NCBI GenBank assembly: GCA_965178125.1
Contig: CBCXTV010000001.1
Span: 248,001 to 312,000, forward strand
Reading direction: 5' to 3'
Source: Bilabrum cf. latius
Taxonomy: Eukaryota
DNA: 64,000 nt
The translations under genes and the position numbers were made by a program. Below the pieces are notes generated by a model. The model searched no databases. It was not told where the DNA came from and worked only from the letters and a program-made list of their open reading frames with translations. This document shows positions 9,156 through 18,464 of the stretch, piece after piece (the stretch's first letter is position 1; every line of letters begins with the position of its first letter).

Positions 9156-11441
9156 ATGTCGGCTCCGTTCAAGGGCGAAACGATGAGTTTGTCTGTTGCC
9201 GAGTCGCTGAAGTCCCGAGTCGCATCCTGCTCCTGGGATCCCGCGTGGGTTTCCGCGAGCTGCGTGCCGTGCGATGGCCTCCCCACAAGCCAGGAGTCAG
9301 AAGCGTCCACGACGGCGACCTCTGCTTTGTTAGGGGTGTCCGAGGCGTCCCCAACGTGCTCGTGTGGCCTCGGTGTCTCCAATTCGGTGGCTGCAGCGCG
9401 CGCGGCCGCTGTCCCGAGTTTTGGCTTTGACGATGCGGAGAACGACTTCGACGCCAGTCTCGACATGATTGAGGCCTCATGCGAGGTCGCATGCGAGGCA
9501 GAATGCGAGGGCGATCCGGGAGCCTGCTTGTTGTCCCACGGCAAGTCGAGCGGTCAGTGGCAGATCGGCGTAGTGGGTGAACGAGTCCTTTATGAGGGCC
9601 TCAGCGTTGAGGGCGACATTCCTGGCCGCGTTGCTGCCTCCGAAGCGCTCGCCGCGGGTGTCATCAATTTGGAACCCCCGTCAGAGGAAGTACTTTTGCC
9701 GGTGCAGCTTCTGCGGAGTAGTCAAGGTTACCGTGGGGTTCTGCCCATCGAGGATTCTGCGCCCGATGCGAGGGGGCGACCGCAGATGCTCATGCTCCCC
9801 GATTTCGTGCCCCGCGTGAAGAGGCGGCGTCTTCGGCAGAAGTGCGACCCTGCTGAGGGCGATGCAGCACCGAGTCTTGCGGCTCATCTCGGACCTCCGC
9901 CCGCGGCTCGTGCCGCGGCCGGAGCGTCTGGGCCGCAGCGCTCGACTGGAAGGCCTTCGACTCGTCCTATTGATAGTGTCATCTATCGTCTCCTGCGGGT
10001 TTTCCCTGACGATTTCAAGTTGGCGTTTCCGGCGTCGGTGTCACACCAGCGGAAGCGGTGCCTCATCAGGGAGGCGCTTCGCAATGTACCCGGTGACCGC
10101 ATGTGCATCTTGAAAGACTGGGCTGCGGGGGCGGAGGACACTCCTTGCCAGCTTCGTTTCGAGGAGCTCTTCCCGGAGCTTGCGCGGCAGCGGGACGAAG
10201 TTGTGAGGAATCCGGGATCGCACTCAGTGCCCGTGGGCGAGATTGTGCCTGCGTCCGACAAGAACACGAGGCGGGGAAGGGCCGTGATGCTTACCTTTCA
10301 CGGTCGCTGGGGTGTCGAAAAGGAGCCTGTGCGCGACATCATGTCGGCATCCGTGGCAAGGGGCGTCCTGAGGCGATTGGTTCTCGCGTCTCCGTTCTAT
10401 GTGGAGCTTTGGGCCACCTTCAAGGCATGGGCGCAGGACATCGCGCGGCGGATGATGTGGCCTCAGCTGTCCATGAAAATGGAGCTCTCCCTGCACCGCA
10501 AGCACGCCGCAAACTTGGTGCACTTCCACGTATGCATGACGGATTCCGAGAAGTCGCATCGTTGTCGCGTGGCGGAGGATTTCATGTGGGCCGGCAGCAG
10601 GCCGAATGTCGTCTACGGCTCCGGGCGGTCAGCGAAGGCGCAGGAACGTGGCGCGTCGGAGTTACACTATTATTGTCAAGCTCCCAAAGTCGGTGCGCTG
10701 CTTTGCGCCACGAACTACCGAGCCGGACGCGATTTCGTCGTCAATGGTAAGTTCGTGCACGCGTTGTTCGCACGCTTCAAAATGGATCCGGACGTCGCGA
10801 GAAGGGAACTCGTGGCGTATCGGTGTCGGGACGCCGAGAACTTAGTGCGCGCCATCGACTTCCACATACAGAATACCGCGGAGAGGAGAGAGGTGTGCGC
10901 GCAGGCCGCGGTGCACGTAGTGACGAAGCTCCGCCCCTTTAAGGTGGTGCCCGAAGTCGAGAAGTGGCGCGAGAGCTATCGTCAGGAGTGGTTCGCGCAC
11001 ATGCGCTTCAAGTTCCTTGTCTTGGTGGGGGACTCCCGGTTCGGGAAGACAGTGTACGCGCGGAATCTCTTCGGGAGCGAAAGGACTCTTGTTGTGAACT
11101 GTCAGGGCAGTGTGGAACCTCCGCTCCGTGGCTTCGATCGAAGTCGGCATGTGGCCATTGTGTTCGACGAGGCAAATGCCCTGTGGGTCGTCAACAACAA
11201 ACAGGTCTTTCAGGCTGGCCTTGACCCCTCCCTGCTCGGCCAGAGCAAGACGAACAGCCTCGCATACTCTGTGTGGCTCCACGGTATCGCCCTGATCATC
11301 TGCACGAATTCGTGGGGCTCTGACGTGACGGAGTCGGCGGACCGCGATTGGCTTGACAACAACTGCACGAAAGTGGAGGTGAAAGATCGGCTCTACTTCG
11401 ACGAGGACTTGTTGTCTCTCACGGATGTGCAGAAGAGCTGA
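9156..11441 (+). CDS. rep: CRESS-DNA-virus-like replication initiator Rep (HUH endonuclease + SF3 helicase)
   Basis: Motif I MLTFH, motif II VHFHVC (HUH), motif III YYCQAPK, Walker A GDSRFGKT (cf. geminivirus GDSRTGKT), Walker B IVFDE, motif C IICTN, C-terminal DWLDNNC...LY as in gemini/genomovirus Reps; ~370-aa N-terminal extension with KRRRLRQK. Confidence 0.9.
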   Translation: MSAPFKGETMSLSVAESLKSRVASCSWDPAWVSASCVPCDGLPTSQESEASTTATSALLGVSEASPTCSCGLGVSNSVAAARAAAVPSFGFDDAENDFDASLDMIEASCEVACEAECEGDPGACLLSHGKSSGQWQIGVVGERVLYEGLSVEGDIPGRVAASEALAAGVINLEPPSEEVLLPVQLLRSSQGYRGVLPIEDSAPDARGRPQMLMLPDFVPRVKRRRLRQKCDPAEGDAAPSLAAHLGPPPAARAAAGASGPQRSTGRPSTRPIDSVIYRLLRVFPDDFKLAFPASVSHQRKRCLIREALRNVPGDRMCILKDWAAGAEDTPCQLRFEELFPELARQRDEVVRNPGSHSVPVGEIVPASDKNTRRGRAVMLTFHGRWGVEKEPVRDIMSASVARGVLRRLVLASPFYVELWATFKAWAQDIARRMMWPQLSMKMELSLHRKHAANLVHFHVCMTDSEKSHRCRVAEDFMWAGSRPNVVYGSGRSAKAQERGASELHYYCQAPKVGALLCATNYRAGRDFVVNGKFVHALFARFKMDPDVARRELVAYRCRDAENLVRAIDFHIQNTAERREVCAQAAVHVVTKLRPFKVVPEVEKWRESYRQEWFAHMRFKFLVLVGDSRFGKTVYARNLFGSERTLVVNCQGSVEPPLRGFDRSRHVAIVFDEANALWVVNNKQVFQAGLDPSLLGQSKTNSLAYSVWLHGIALIICTNSWGSDVTESADRDWLDNNCTKVEVKDRLYFDEDLLSLTDVQKS

Positions 11442-11845
11442 CGCCGGCCGCTGAGGTTTTCAGTCCGGTTCACACGAGCGCCGGAGCCGCAGCGGCAGCC
11501 GCTTCGGTGCTCCTGAAGGTCTAATGTCCTCAATGCGTTTCGTGTGCAAAAAGGATGTGGTTTCTACATGGGGGCATTCCGCAAGTTTCATGTGGTCCGT
11601 CGCGTTCGTCCGGGGGAGTGCTTGCCTAGTATTGGGAGCTTGCCTGACACACACACACGTGGCACCCAGCCTGATGGGTTGCAAGTGTGTGTGTGTCTCC
11701 GCAGTGCCGCGGTTGGGACCCGGCGGGTCGTTTGCTTTTACGTCGCCGCGTCGCGCGCCGACGAGACATTTCTTGGTCTCAGAAGCCTCTGCTTCCGGTA
11801 GGCGCGCCGTGTACACTCGCGGGCCGAAGGTGGGTGCGTTGCTTG

Positions 11846-12538
11846 ATGGCCTACGTCGGTATCGCCGATGCACCGTATGTGCCCGTGGTTGCCGCGTCGA
11901 CCTCCGAGCACGCCCCGGAGGGCGAGGTGGAGATGATGCTTGCGCCTCTTGCCGGAGATGTCGGTTTCAAGCGGCCTCGCGTGTTTCCTCCCGGTTCGCG
12001 ACTTCTTCCTAAGTCGCCGGCCCATCCGGCGGTGCTCATAACAGCGCTCGGCAGTGAGGCACCCCAGGACACACAGTGCGTCGTTTGGTCGGACTCTAAG
12101 GCTTTCGACCTCGCGGAGTTTGTATGCTCTTCCTGCGGCTGCAATCGTGTCATGGCGGACCTGAATCATCGTATGCGTGATCGTCTCGTACGTCGCGTGC
12201 AGCGCACGCTTTATGCCGATGATTCTCCGTGCGGCAGGGGTGCGATTTCGTGTCGTGCTTGTCGCGAGAAGGCGCGCGACGCGGCGCCGAAGACGTCGAT
12301 TATGAACGCGGCGAACAAGAAGAAGATCTCGGGAACTCTTCGCATGCAGTTGGATCTCATTGTAGAGACCGGGGAGCGGAAGGGTCAGCGTTGTACTGCG
12401 GAGAAAATTCTGACATTGGGAACGATGAAGCAGCACAGGGTTTTCGAGAGGGACCTTTACGATGAGGCATGGCGCGGGCTTGTTCGTCTGTCTGGACGCG
12501 AGGCTTGGAGCGATGACGACTCGTGGTCTCCGCGTTGA
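11846..12538 (+). CDS. Hypothetical protein with CxxC pairs
   Basis: ATG 11846 within ORF 11687-12538; CSSCGC and CRAC motifs; intact in both full copies. Confidence 0.5.
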   Translation: MAYVGIADAPYVPVVAASTSEHAPEGEVEMMLAPLAGDVGFKRPRVFPPGSRLLPKSPAHPAVLITALGSEAPQDTQCVVWSDSKAFDLAEFVCSSCGCNRVMADLNHRMRDRLVRRVQRTLYADDSPCGRGAISCRACREKARDAAPKTSIMNAANKKKISGTLRMQLDLIVETGERKGQRCTAEKILTLGTMKQHRVFERDLYDEAWRGLVRLSGREAWSDDDSWSPR

Positions 12539-12744
12539 GCTTGCGTGACGGTTTTCCCTCTTAACCTGGCCTCTTGCGTGGCGCTGCTTCCGCGTGTGGC
12601 CTGAGCGTGCGACCTAAGCGTTCGGCCTGCTGTCGCGTGTGACCTGAGCGAACGGGCGCTCGACAGTATCCCGCGTTTGTTGCTTCTGGGGTTCAAGAAA
12701 CTTGTACTTTTTGGGCTGTACGGTGGTCAGTGGTGCACGGTTCG

Positions 12745-12872
12745 TTCGCAGCCTCCGCGTTGTTGGAAAGCTATGGTGGAGCATGGTTCTTTTCGCAGCC
12801 TCCGCGTTGTGATCAAGCTACGGTGGAGCATGGTTCGTGAGCATGGTTCTTTTCGCAGCCTCCGCGTTGTTG
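12745..12872. repeat. Short imperfect tandem repeat
   Basis: TTCGCAGCCTCCGCGTTGT three times, interspersed with GAGCATGGTTC; also at ~39942-40069. Confidence 0.85.
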
Positions 12873-13372
12873 ACACGTGAAAGCTACGCGAACGTGACCA
12901 CACAATAGGCCATACCCCAGGTGAAATCCGGACTCGGACATCCAGACGAAACGGCATCATGCACACTGTTGAACACACAAATGACACTGAGCTCCACCGT
13001 AACGTAACTTTCCATCACCACCTGGTTTATTTTCTCCGCGATGGCAGCTTAGCGGTGACGCTGTGTCTTCGGGCATGAAGGGGCAAATCTTTGATTTTTT
13101 GGGCCCTGTTTCGGTCACCGAAAAGTCGTGTGATTTCTGGCGCGCAGGAGGAGTGACGCAAGGTATTTCTGAACCGTTTTCCGGACGCTTTCCGGGCCTC
13201 CCATGTGACCGCTTTTTGCGTACCGAAACACGTTCCGCGCGTGAGGAGCAGATGCGGATCTCCGCGGGGTCCTAGTTGTGTCCTTTTTCGGGGGACGAAA
13301 TCGGGCGCACTTGTCGTGCCGATTCGTGGTCGTCTCTGAGACCGGCTGCGAGTCGGGAAAGGTGCCCGGGAG

Positions 13373-14665
13373 ATGCTCGTGTCCTTGGCTTCGTATTTCT
13401 CCGCGTATTCTTCAAACGCGGGCGCACGTCTCCTACCGATTCGTGGTCGGTTTCCGAGGCCGATCGCGAGTCGGGAAATGCGCCCGCGATGCGCTCTCGA
13501 TCTCGGAAAGGGCGGGAGTCCGTTCTTGCATTCGGAATGGGCGGGGAGTTGCTTTTCCTGGGAGCATGTGCGAGATTCCTTCTCCGCGGGTCCTCTTTCG
13601 GCTTCGGCAGTCAGCAGCGCACTCTGCGGGAACGGCATTCTCCGAGTCTCTTTGCCGATGATGTCTGAGGAGAAACCCTCCGAGAGCATTGCTGTTTCCT
13701 TGGGAGACGGCCGCAATCTTCGTGCGCGTCGAGGCGCCGGTGATATGGGAAACGAGGGCGGCATGTTGGCGCGCGAGGTCGACGCGCCGGCGGAGCACGC
13801 CGGCGCGGCGGCAAGCGTCGATGATTCGCTCGGCCCCCACATCGAGAGCGGCGGCGCGGAGGCGGCGTCCACGGGGATGCTCGGAGAGGAGAGCGGCAAG
13901 GCAGCGCCGAAGGAGGACGCCGAAGACGACGGCGGCAAGAAGACGGAGGAGGAGGATGCTCGCGGCGGTGGACGTGCTGTGGTGCCCGGAGGTAATGACG
14001 ACGTATGGACCAACGCAGCAGCTTGGAAGGCGGGTGGCGGCGTGGCAGCCGGGGCGGTCTCTGGCGCTGATAGCTGGGATCAATGGGGGACCCCTGCGAA
14101 GTCGTCATGGGGGGAGACGTACGTGCTGCGGCAGGTCGCGTCGGAGCCGGCGGAGGAGGCGACATGGACTTGCAACGCGTGCCAGTGCTGCAAGCCCCGG
14201 TCGGCGTACTTTAAGAAGTGGAAGGACTGGATCCAACCAGTTTGCCGGGTGTGTTGCGACAAGTTCGACAACGCGACGCCGTGGTGGGTGTGGTGCAAGA
14301 GCTGCAAAAACGAGTATCCGGCGTACCGATTTCCCCAGATCCGCCGGAAGAAGGAGAACTTGCGCTATTTCTTCCCTGAGGACTGGTGCGCGAAGTGCCT
14401 GGTTGCGCGTGGCTGGAGTCTCCATGATGTCCGTTCCTCTGCGGGTGAAGCGAAGCGTTGGGTGCCAAAAGCTGGCGCGAATACCGGTGACGGCGACAAC
14501 GACGCTCGTGCTCCCGCACGCGACGAGCTTCCTGCAGGAGGCGCCGCCTCCTGCAGCAACGCCGTGCGTCAGAGTTCTTCGCGTGACGAGGCCTTGGATG
14601 ACATCAAGCGGGCCATGGAGCTTCTCCAGAATGCGGAAAGGTTCCTCCTCACGATGCCAGCGTGA
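13373..14665 (+). CDS. Zinc-finger-like protein (two CxxC...CxxC modules, Stc1-like spacing)
   Basis: CNACQCCKPRSAYF...PVCRVC and WCKSCKNEYPAYRF...WCAKC; acidic low-complexity N-terminal part; true start may be ATG 13658. Confidence 0.65.
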   Translation: MLVSLASYFSAYSSNAGARLLPIRGRFPRPIASREMRPRCALDLGKGGSPFLHSEWAGSCFSWEHVRDSFSAGPLSASAVSSALCGNGILRVSLPMMSEEKPSESIAVSLGDGRNLRARRGAGDMGNEGGMLAREVDAPAEHAGAAASVDDSLGPHIESGGAEAASTGMLGEESGKAAPKEDAEDDGGKKTEEEDARGGGRAVVPGGNDDVWTNAAAWKAGGGVAAGAVSGADSWDQWGTPAKSSWGETYVLRQVASEPAEEATWTCNACQCCKPRSAYFKKWKDWIQPVCRVCCDKFDNATPWWVWCKSCKNEYPAYRFPQIRRKKENLRYFFPEDWCAKCLVARGWSLHDVRSSAGEAKRWVPKAGANTGDGDNDARAPARDELPAGGAASCSNAVRQSSSRDEALDDIKRAMELLQNAERFLLTMPA

Positions 14666-14865
14666 CGCGGGAGCTTCCCGAATGGGTCCGTCGTACTGTG
14701 AGGGCGCTCCGGAAGGAAGAGCGCGAGTGAGTCATCCTTGCGCCGAGGTGAGCGCGACGTCGGAGGAGCACGGTCGTTTGATTGGGAACGATATGGTCGG
14801 CAGAGTGTGAAAATCCGAGTTTCTCGTGCAGGATTGGGCAGCTCTCTAGATATCTTGCCTGGGAA

Positions 14866-15846
14866 GGGTGTGATGTGGTGGGAGCGCTTCCGCCTCACGT
14901 GGCAGACGTCCACACTTCCTGGTTCCCCGGCAGGCTGTTTGGCGAGACGGAGTGGCAAAGCATCCGCCTGCTGATTCCTACTTTGTTACCTCGATTGTGA
15001 GCTCGGAGCTTGGGGCGGAGGATTCTGCGGGCAGCTCATGTGTGCCTAGAGTGTCATCCCGCGACCCTCTGACTTCTGTTCGTGGCTTTACCTCTTCGCG
15101 CAGGAAGATTCCTCATGAGGCAAGCCCGGTCCGAACTCGCGTGGGATGCCGTGCGCTGGTGCGGCTTCCACTCATCCCCGGGGTGGGGAGCGCTGGGTAA
15201 AGGATCGTCTGTCCCTGCAAGTTTCGATTCGACGAGGTGCGGCAGCATGACGCGGACCGAGGTGAAGTCCTTTGTCCGCGATAGGTCGCCGCGTCGCGCG
15301 GTGGCGACCCCACAGCGCCCCAATCCCATTCCGGAGAGGGGGTGTGATGCAGTGGGAGCCCTTCCGCCTCACGTGACAGACGTTCACACTTCCTGGTTCC
15401 CATAAGGTCTTCAGCACAGCGCATGCGAGGCAGGCTGTTCGGCGAGACGTAGTGGCATCGCCCCCGCCTGCTCATTCCTACTTTGTTACCTCGATTGTCA
15501 GCTTGGGGCTCGGGGCGGCGGATTCAGCGGGCAGCTCATGTATGCTGGAGTGTCATCCCGCGACCTCTGACTTCTGTCCGTGGCTTTACCTCTTCGCGCA
15601 GGAAGATTCCTCATGAGGCAAGCCCGGTGCGAACTCCTGTGGGATGCCGTGCGCTGGTTCGGATTCCACTCATGCCCGATGTGGGGAGCGCTAGGGTAAA
15701 GGATCGTCTGTCCCTGCAAGTTTCGATTCGGCTCGAGTCAATGTGAGGAAGGAGAGGTGCGGCAGCATGACGCGGAACGAGGTGACGTCCTTTGTCCGCG
15801 ATAGGTCGCCGCGTCGCGCGGTGGCGACCCCGCAGCGCCCAAACCC
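14866..15846. repeat. Diverged ~475-bp tandem duplication
   Basis: GGGTGTGATG..GTGGGAGC.CTTCCGCCTCACGTG at ~14866 and ~15340, colinear through ..GCGACCCC.CAGCGCCC; also in copies 2 and 3. Confidence 0.9.
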
Positions 15847-16288
15847 CGCCCCGCCTAGTCCTCACTCGACAGCGGTGTCGAACCTGCAGCAGCGCTTCGA
15901 GAACATGCAGCAGCGTGCGGAAAGCTTGAGCGCTCAGCTGGAGTACGCCCAAAGTGTGATCAGGCTGCTCTCAGGCCTGTTGCGCGATGAGGCTCCTCGG
16001 TTCTATGCAGACTTTGATCCCGTGATTCGGCGTGCGATGTCTGGCGCAAGCGGCTCCGTTGCGGGTAGGTCTTTCCGTCTTGTGGACGGAGGCGTCATCC
16101 ACGGACCTGACACAGCAGTCGCTGCTCCTCCGCGTCGTCTCATCGTTGAGGTGCGTACGGACTGGGAGATGACCGAGACTGCCTCAACTGTGCTGGATTC
16201 CTCAGGATCAGACGACATGGGTTCCGAGGACTCGCCGCCGCCGACCGTCGTCCTCCCCAGCGGCGCGGCGGGCGCCGGCGGTGCCTAG
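15767..16288 (+). CDS. Hypothetical protein with short coiled coil
   Basis: VSNLQQRFENMQQRAESLSAQLEYAQSVIRLL heptad pattern; copies differ by a frame-preserving 3-nt indel. Confidence 0.45.
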   Translation: MTRNEVTSFVRDRSPRRAVATPQRPNPAPPSPHSTAVSNLQQRFENMQQRAESLSAQLEYAQSVIRLLSGLLRDEAPRFYADFDPVIRRAMSGASGSVAGRSFRLVDGGVIHGPDTAVAAPPRRLIVEVRTDWEMTETASTVLDSSGSDDMGSEDSPPPTVVLPSGAAGAGGA

Positions 16289-16862
16289 TCCTCGGCAGCT
16301 CCTGCATCGGAGCCTCCTGTCGAGATTCGATCGCGCAACGTCGTTCCTTACATTGCTTGCCGTCGCATGTGCCGGGCGGTGGTGGGTGTGCGTGTTCGCC
16401 GAAAGTTCCCGGCCTCGTCTTCCTCAGGAGAGCTCCTCGACCCGAAATTGGCAGCTCAGCGCTGCCGTGGCCGATACAGTACCCGTGCATGGCCAGTTGG
16501 CAGCTACGCGCTGCCGTTGCCAATGTCGTCCGCACGAGAGCAGAGTGGCAGCTCAGCGCAGGCGAGAAACCGCGCTCGCAATGCTGCGAGGTGTATTCAA
16601 TGCTGTGCACGTGTCTATCCCGCTCCCTGGTTTTGTCTCGCTTGCGCCAGTGTGACCGCAGCAGAGCGGGTGCTTCCCGTGCGTCTTCAGCTTTGAGCAC
16701 TCCTCCAGCGACAGGAAGGCATTCGCTTGCTCTCGCTCCCCGCCTGCGTCCTATCCCTCCCGGGTATCTTCAGAGGCCACAGGCAGTGCGAAGCTTGGCA
16801 GCGGGTCCGTCCGCGTCGTTTCGGCTGTGAGCGATCTTCTGCCCGGTTCCTCACGCGTCATA

Positions 16863-18464
16863 ATGTCCTCTGCTTCGGTGCCGGATCAGCTCGCACGGAT
16901 CAGTAAGGAGCTGAAGTGTCTCAGAGACGCGAGACAACGGGCGCGCAATGGGCTGCGCCATCCGTGGTTGCGCGCCATGGAGGCACAGGTCGCTGAGGTT
17001 ATTCGTCATCACCCCGGCGGTGGCGAGGCAGCTCTTCGAACCTATGTCTCTCGTCAGTTGCAGAGTCGACAGGTTTCCACGCGGACGGCTTCGCAGGAGG
17101 AGTTTCAAAGGCAGGTCGATGAGGAGGTCGCGCTCACCATGAGGCGCCCAGCTGAGGCGTGGCAGCGAAATCCTCTTCGCTCATGTCATCGAGAGTCCGT
17201 GGCACGCGCAGAGACCTTTCTCGCCGAGGCTTCTGTCGTTGCTTGGATCGACCATGTGAACGAGCAGCGTGGGTGTGCTCCAACTGGGAACATGGTTTTC
17301 GCCATGCTTGCGAGGATGGGCGTTCGCGCGGGGAAGGACTCGGCTCGACGGCAGTGGCTCCTGCGCTTCCGTCGTCGTTGGCGGCTTCGGCATGGCCGAT
17401 TGAAGAAGCAGCCCCCGGTAACACTCGATTACGTCAGACTCGCGTGTCGTGTCTTCTATCAGTGGATTGAATTCGCAGAAGCGCGAGTGCCCCCCAACCG
17501 CCGCCTCGTCTTTGTGAATTTCGATGAGTCCAGCGTGCCCTTTGCCTTTCCGGGAATGCGCGGGTACATCGCACCGAGGTCAGGAACGGAGCCCGCTTCG
17601 CTTGGTTCGCGCACGGAGCGCCTCGCCTCGAATAGCAATCGAGGATCGTACACCTTTCTGGGTTTTATTAGCGACTGCCCGGAAATCCAGCGACGACTCC
17701 CGCGTATACTCATCGGGAAGCACACGCGGCTGAGCAAGCGCTTGATGCGTGGGGCGCCGAACCAAATGGTGGACGGAATGGAAGTCTGGGCCCGAGAGAG
17801 CTCGTGGGTGACGCAGTCCCTCATGTTCGACATTCTGCGTCGGCTTTTCGCTTCTTGGATGGACATTCAGCATGAGATCTATCCAATAGTGATACTTGAC
17901 TGCGCGCCCCAACACATTTCCACTGAGATTGTGAACTTCGCACACGGCCTTGGCATGGATCTCGTGTTTATTCCTGGTCGACTCACCTTCCTGCTTCAGC
18001 CGTTGGACGTTCTCGTCTTTCAGCTTCTTAAGCGCGACCTTCGGGAGACGTGGATGCAGGAGCGCTCGCGTCATGAAGCGGGTCATGTCGATGTCTCTTG
18101 CCATCTCAGGGTTGTCGCTGAGTGCACGAAGAGAGTGCTCTCGTCTGGCTCGTGGCAAGGCGCTTTCGATATGACAGGCATTACCAGCGGCAGGCGCCGC
18201 TTGCATTCGACCCTACGGCGCTTGTTTGAGTGTGACATGGAGGACATCTCCAGCGATGCTCCGTCTGTCGACCAGCTCCGCTTCATCAGCAGTCCGCAGC
18301 AGCCTCTCCCGCACGATGCGCTCATCAACAGGGCCCCAGTCGCGTCCGGACACGCGGTCGACGGAGGCGTCCACGGTGGTAACGCTCGCCGCGTGCCTCG
18401 TGGCCGCAGACTAAACGGATGGACCCCCCGCGATCGCGCTCACCCCTCGGCGGCCATGCCGTGA
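16863..18464 (+). CDS. pogo/Tigger-type (Tc1/mariner superfamily) DD35D transposase with CENP-B-like HTH
   Basis: VNFDES (first D), ILDCAPQH (second D), FIPGRLTFLLQPLD..VF..LK (third D, 35 residues after the second); WI...RG...QWLLRFRRRW resembles the CENP-B HTH. ORF opens at GTG 16827, first ATG 16863. Confidence 0.9.
   Translation: MSSASVPDQLARISKELKCLRDARQRARNGLRHPWLRAMEAQVAEVIRHHPGGGEAALRTYVSRQLQSRQVSTRTASQEEFQRQVDEEVALTMRRPAEAWQRNPLRSCHRESVARAETFLAEASVVAWIDHVNEQRGCAPTGNMVFAMLARMGVRAGKDSARRQWLLRFRRRWRLRHGRLKKQPPVTLDYVRLACRVFYQWIEFAEARVPPNRRLVFVNFDESSVPFAFPGMRGYIAPRSGTEPASLGSRTERLASNSNRGSYTFLGFISDCPEIQRRLPRILIGKHTRLSKRLMRGAPNQMVDGMEVWARESSWVTQSLMFDILRRLFASWMDIQHEIYPIVILDCAPQHISTEIVNFAHGLGMDLVFIPGRLTFLLQPLDVLVFQLLKRDLRETWMQERSRHEAGHVDVSCHLRVVAECTKRVLSSGSWQGAFDMTGITSGRRRLHSTLRRLFECDMEDISSDAPSVDQLRFISSPQQPLPHDALINRAPVASGHAVDGGVHGGNARRVPRGRRLNGWTPRDRAHPSAAMP

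Larger units (their letters stand above)
1178..13163. mobile_element. TA-flanked 11,986-bp module with imperfect ~62-bp inverted ends (putative cut-and-paste cargo element)
   Basis: TA at 1176-1177 and 13164-13165; ends 1178-1239 and 13101-13163 are inverted (about 42 of 63 positions by hand alignment, core CGTCACTCC/GGAGTGACG); empty site at 54195 and TACTTA junctions at 26794 and 53102. Confidence 0.6.

Noticed and set aside
9156-11441. Helitron RepHel
   Set aside because: Helicase is SF3 type (Walker A, B, motif C within ~100 aa), not PIF1/SF1, and the protein is much shorter.
13027-14810. Long alternative-frame ORFs (13027-14013 minus, 13689-14810 plus, and equivalents in other copies)
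   Set aside because: Arg/Pro/Ser-rich shadows of the zinc-finger gene; the minus-strand ORF length varies between copies.
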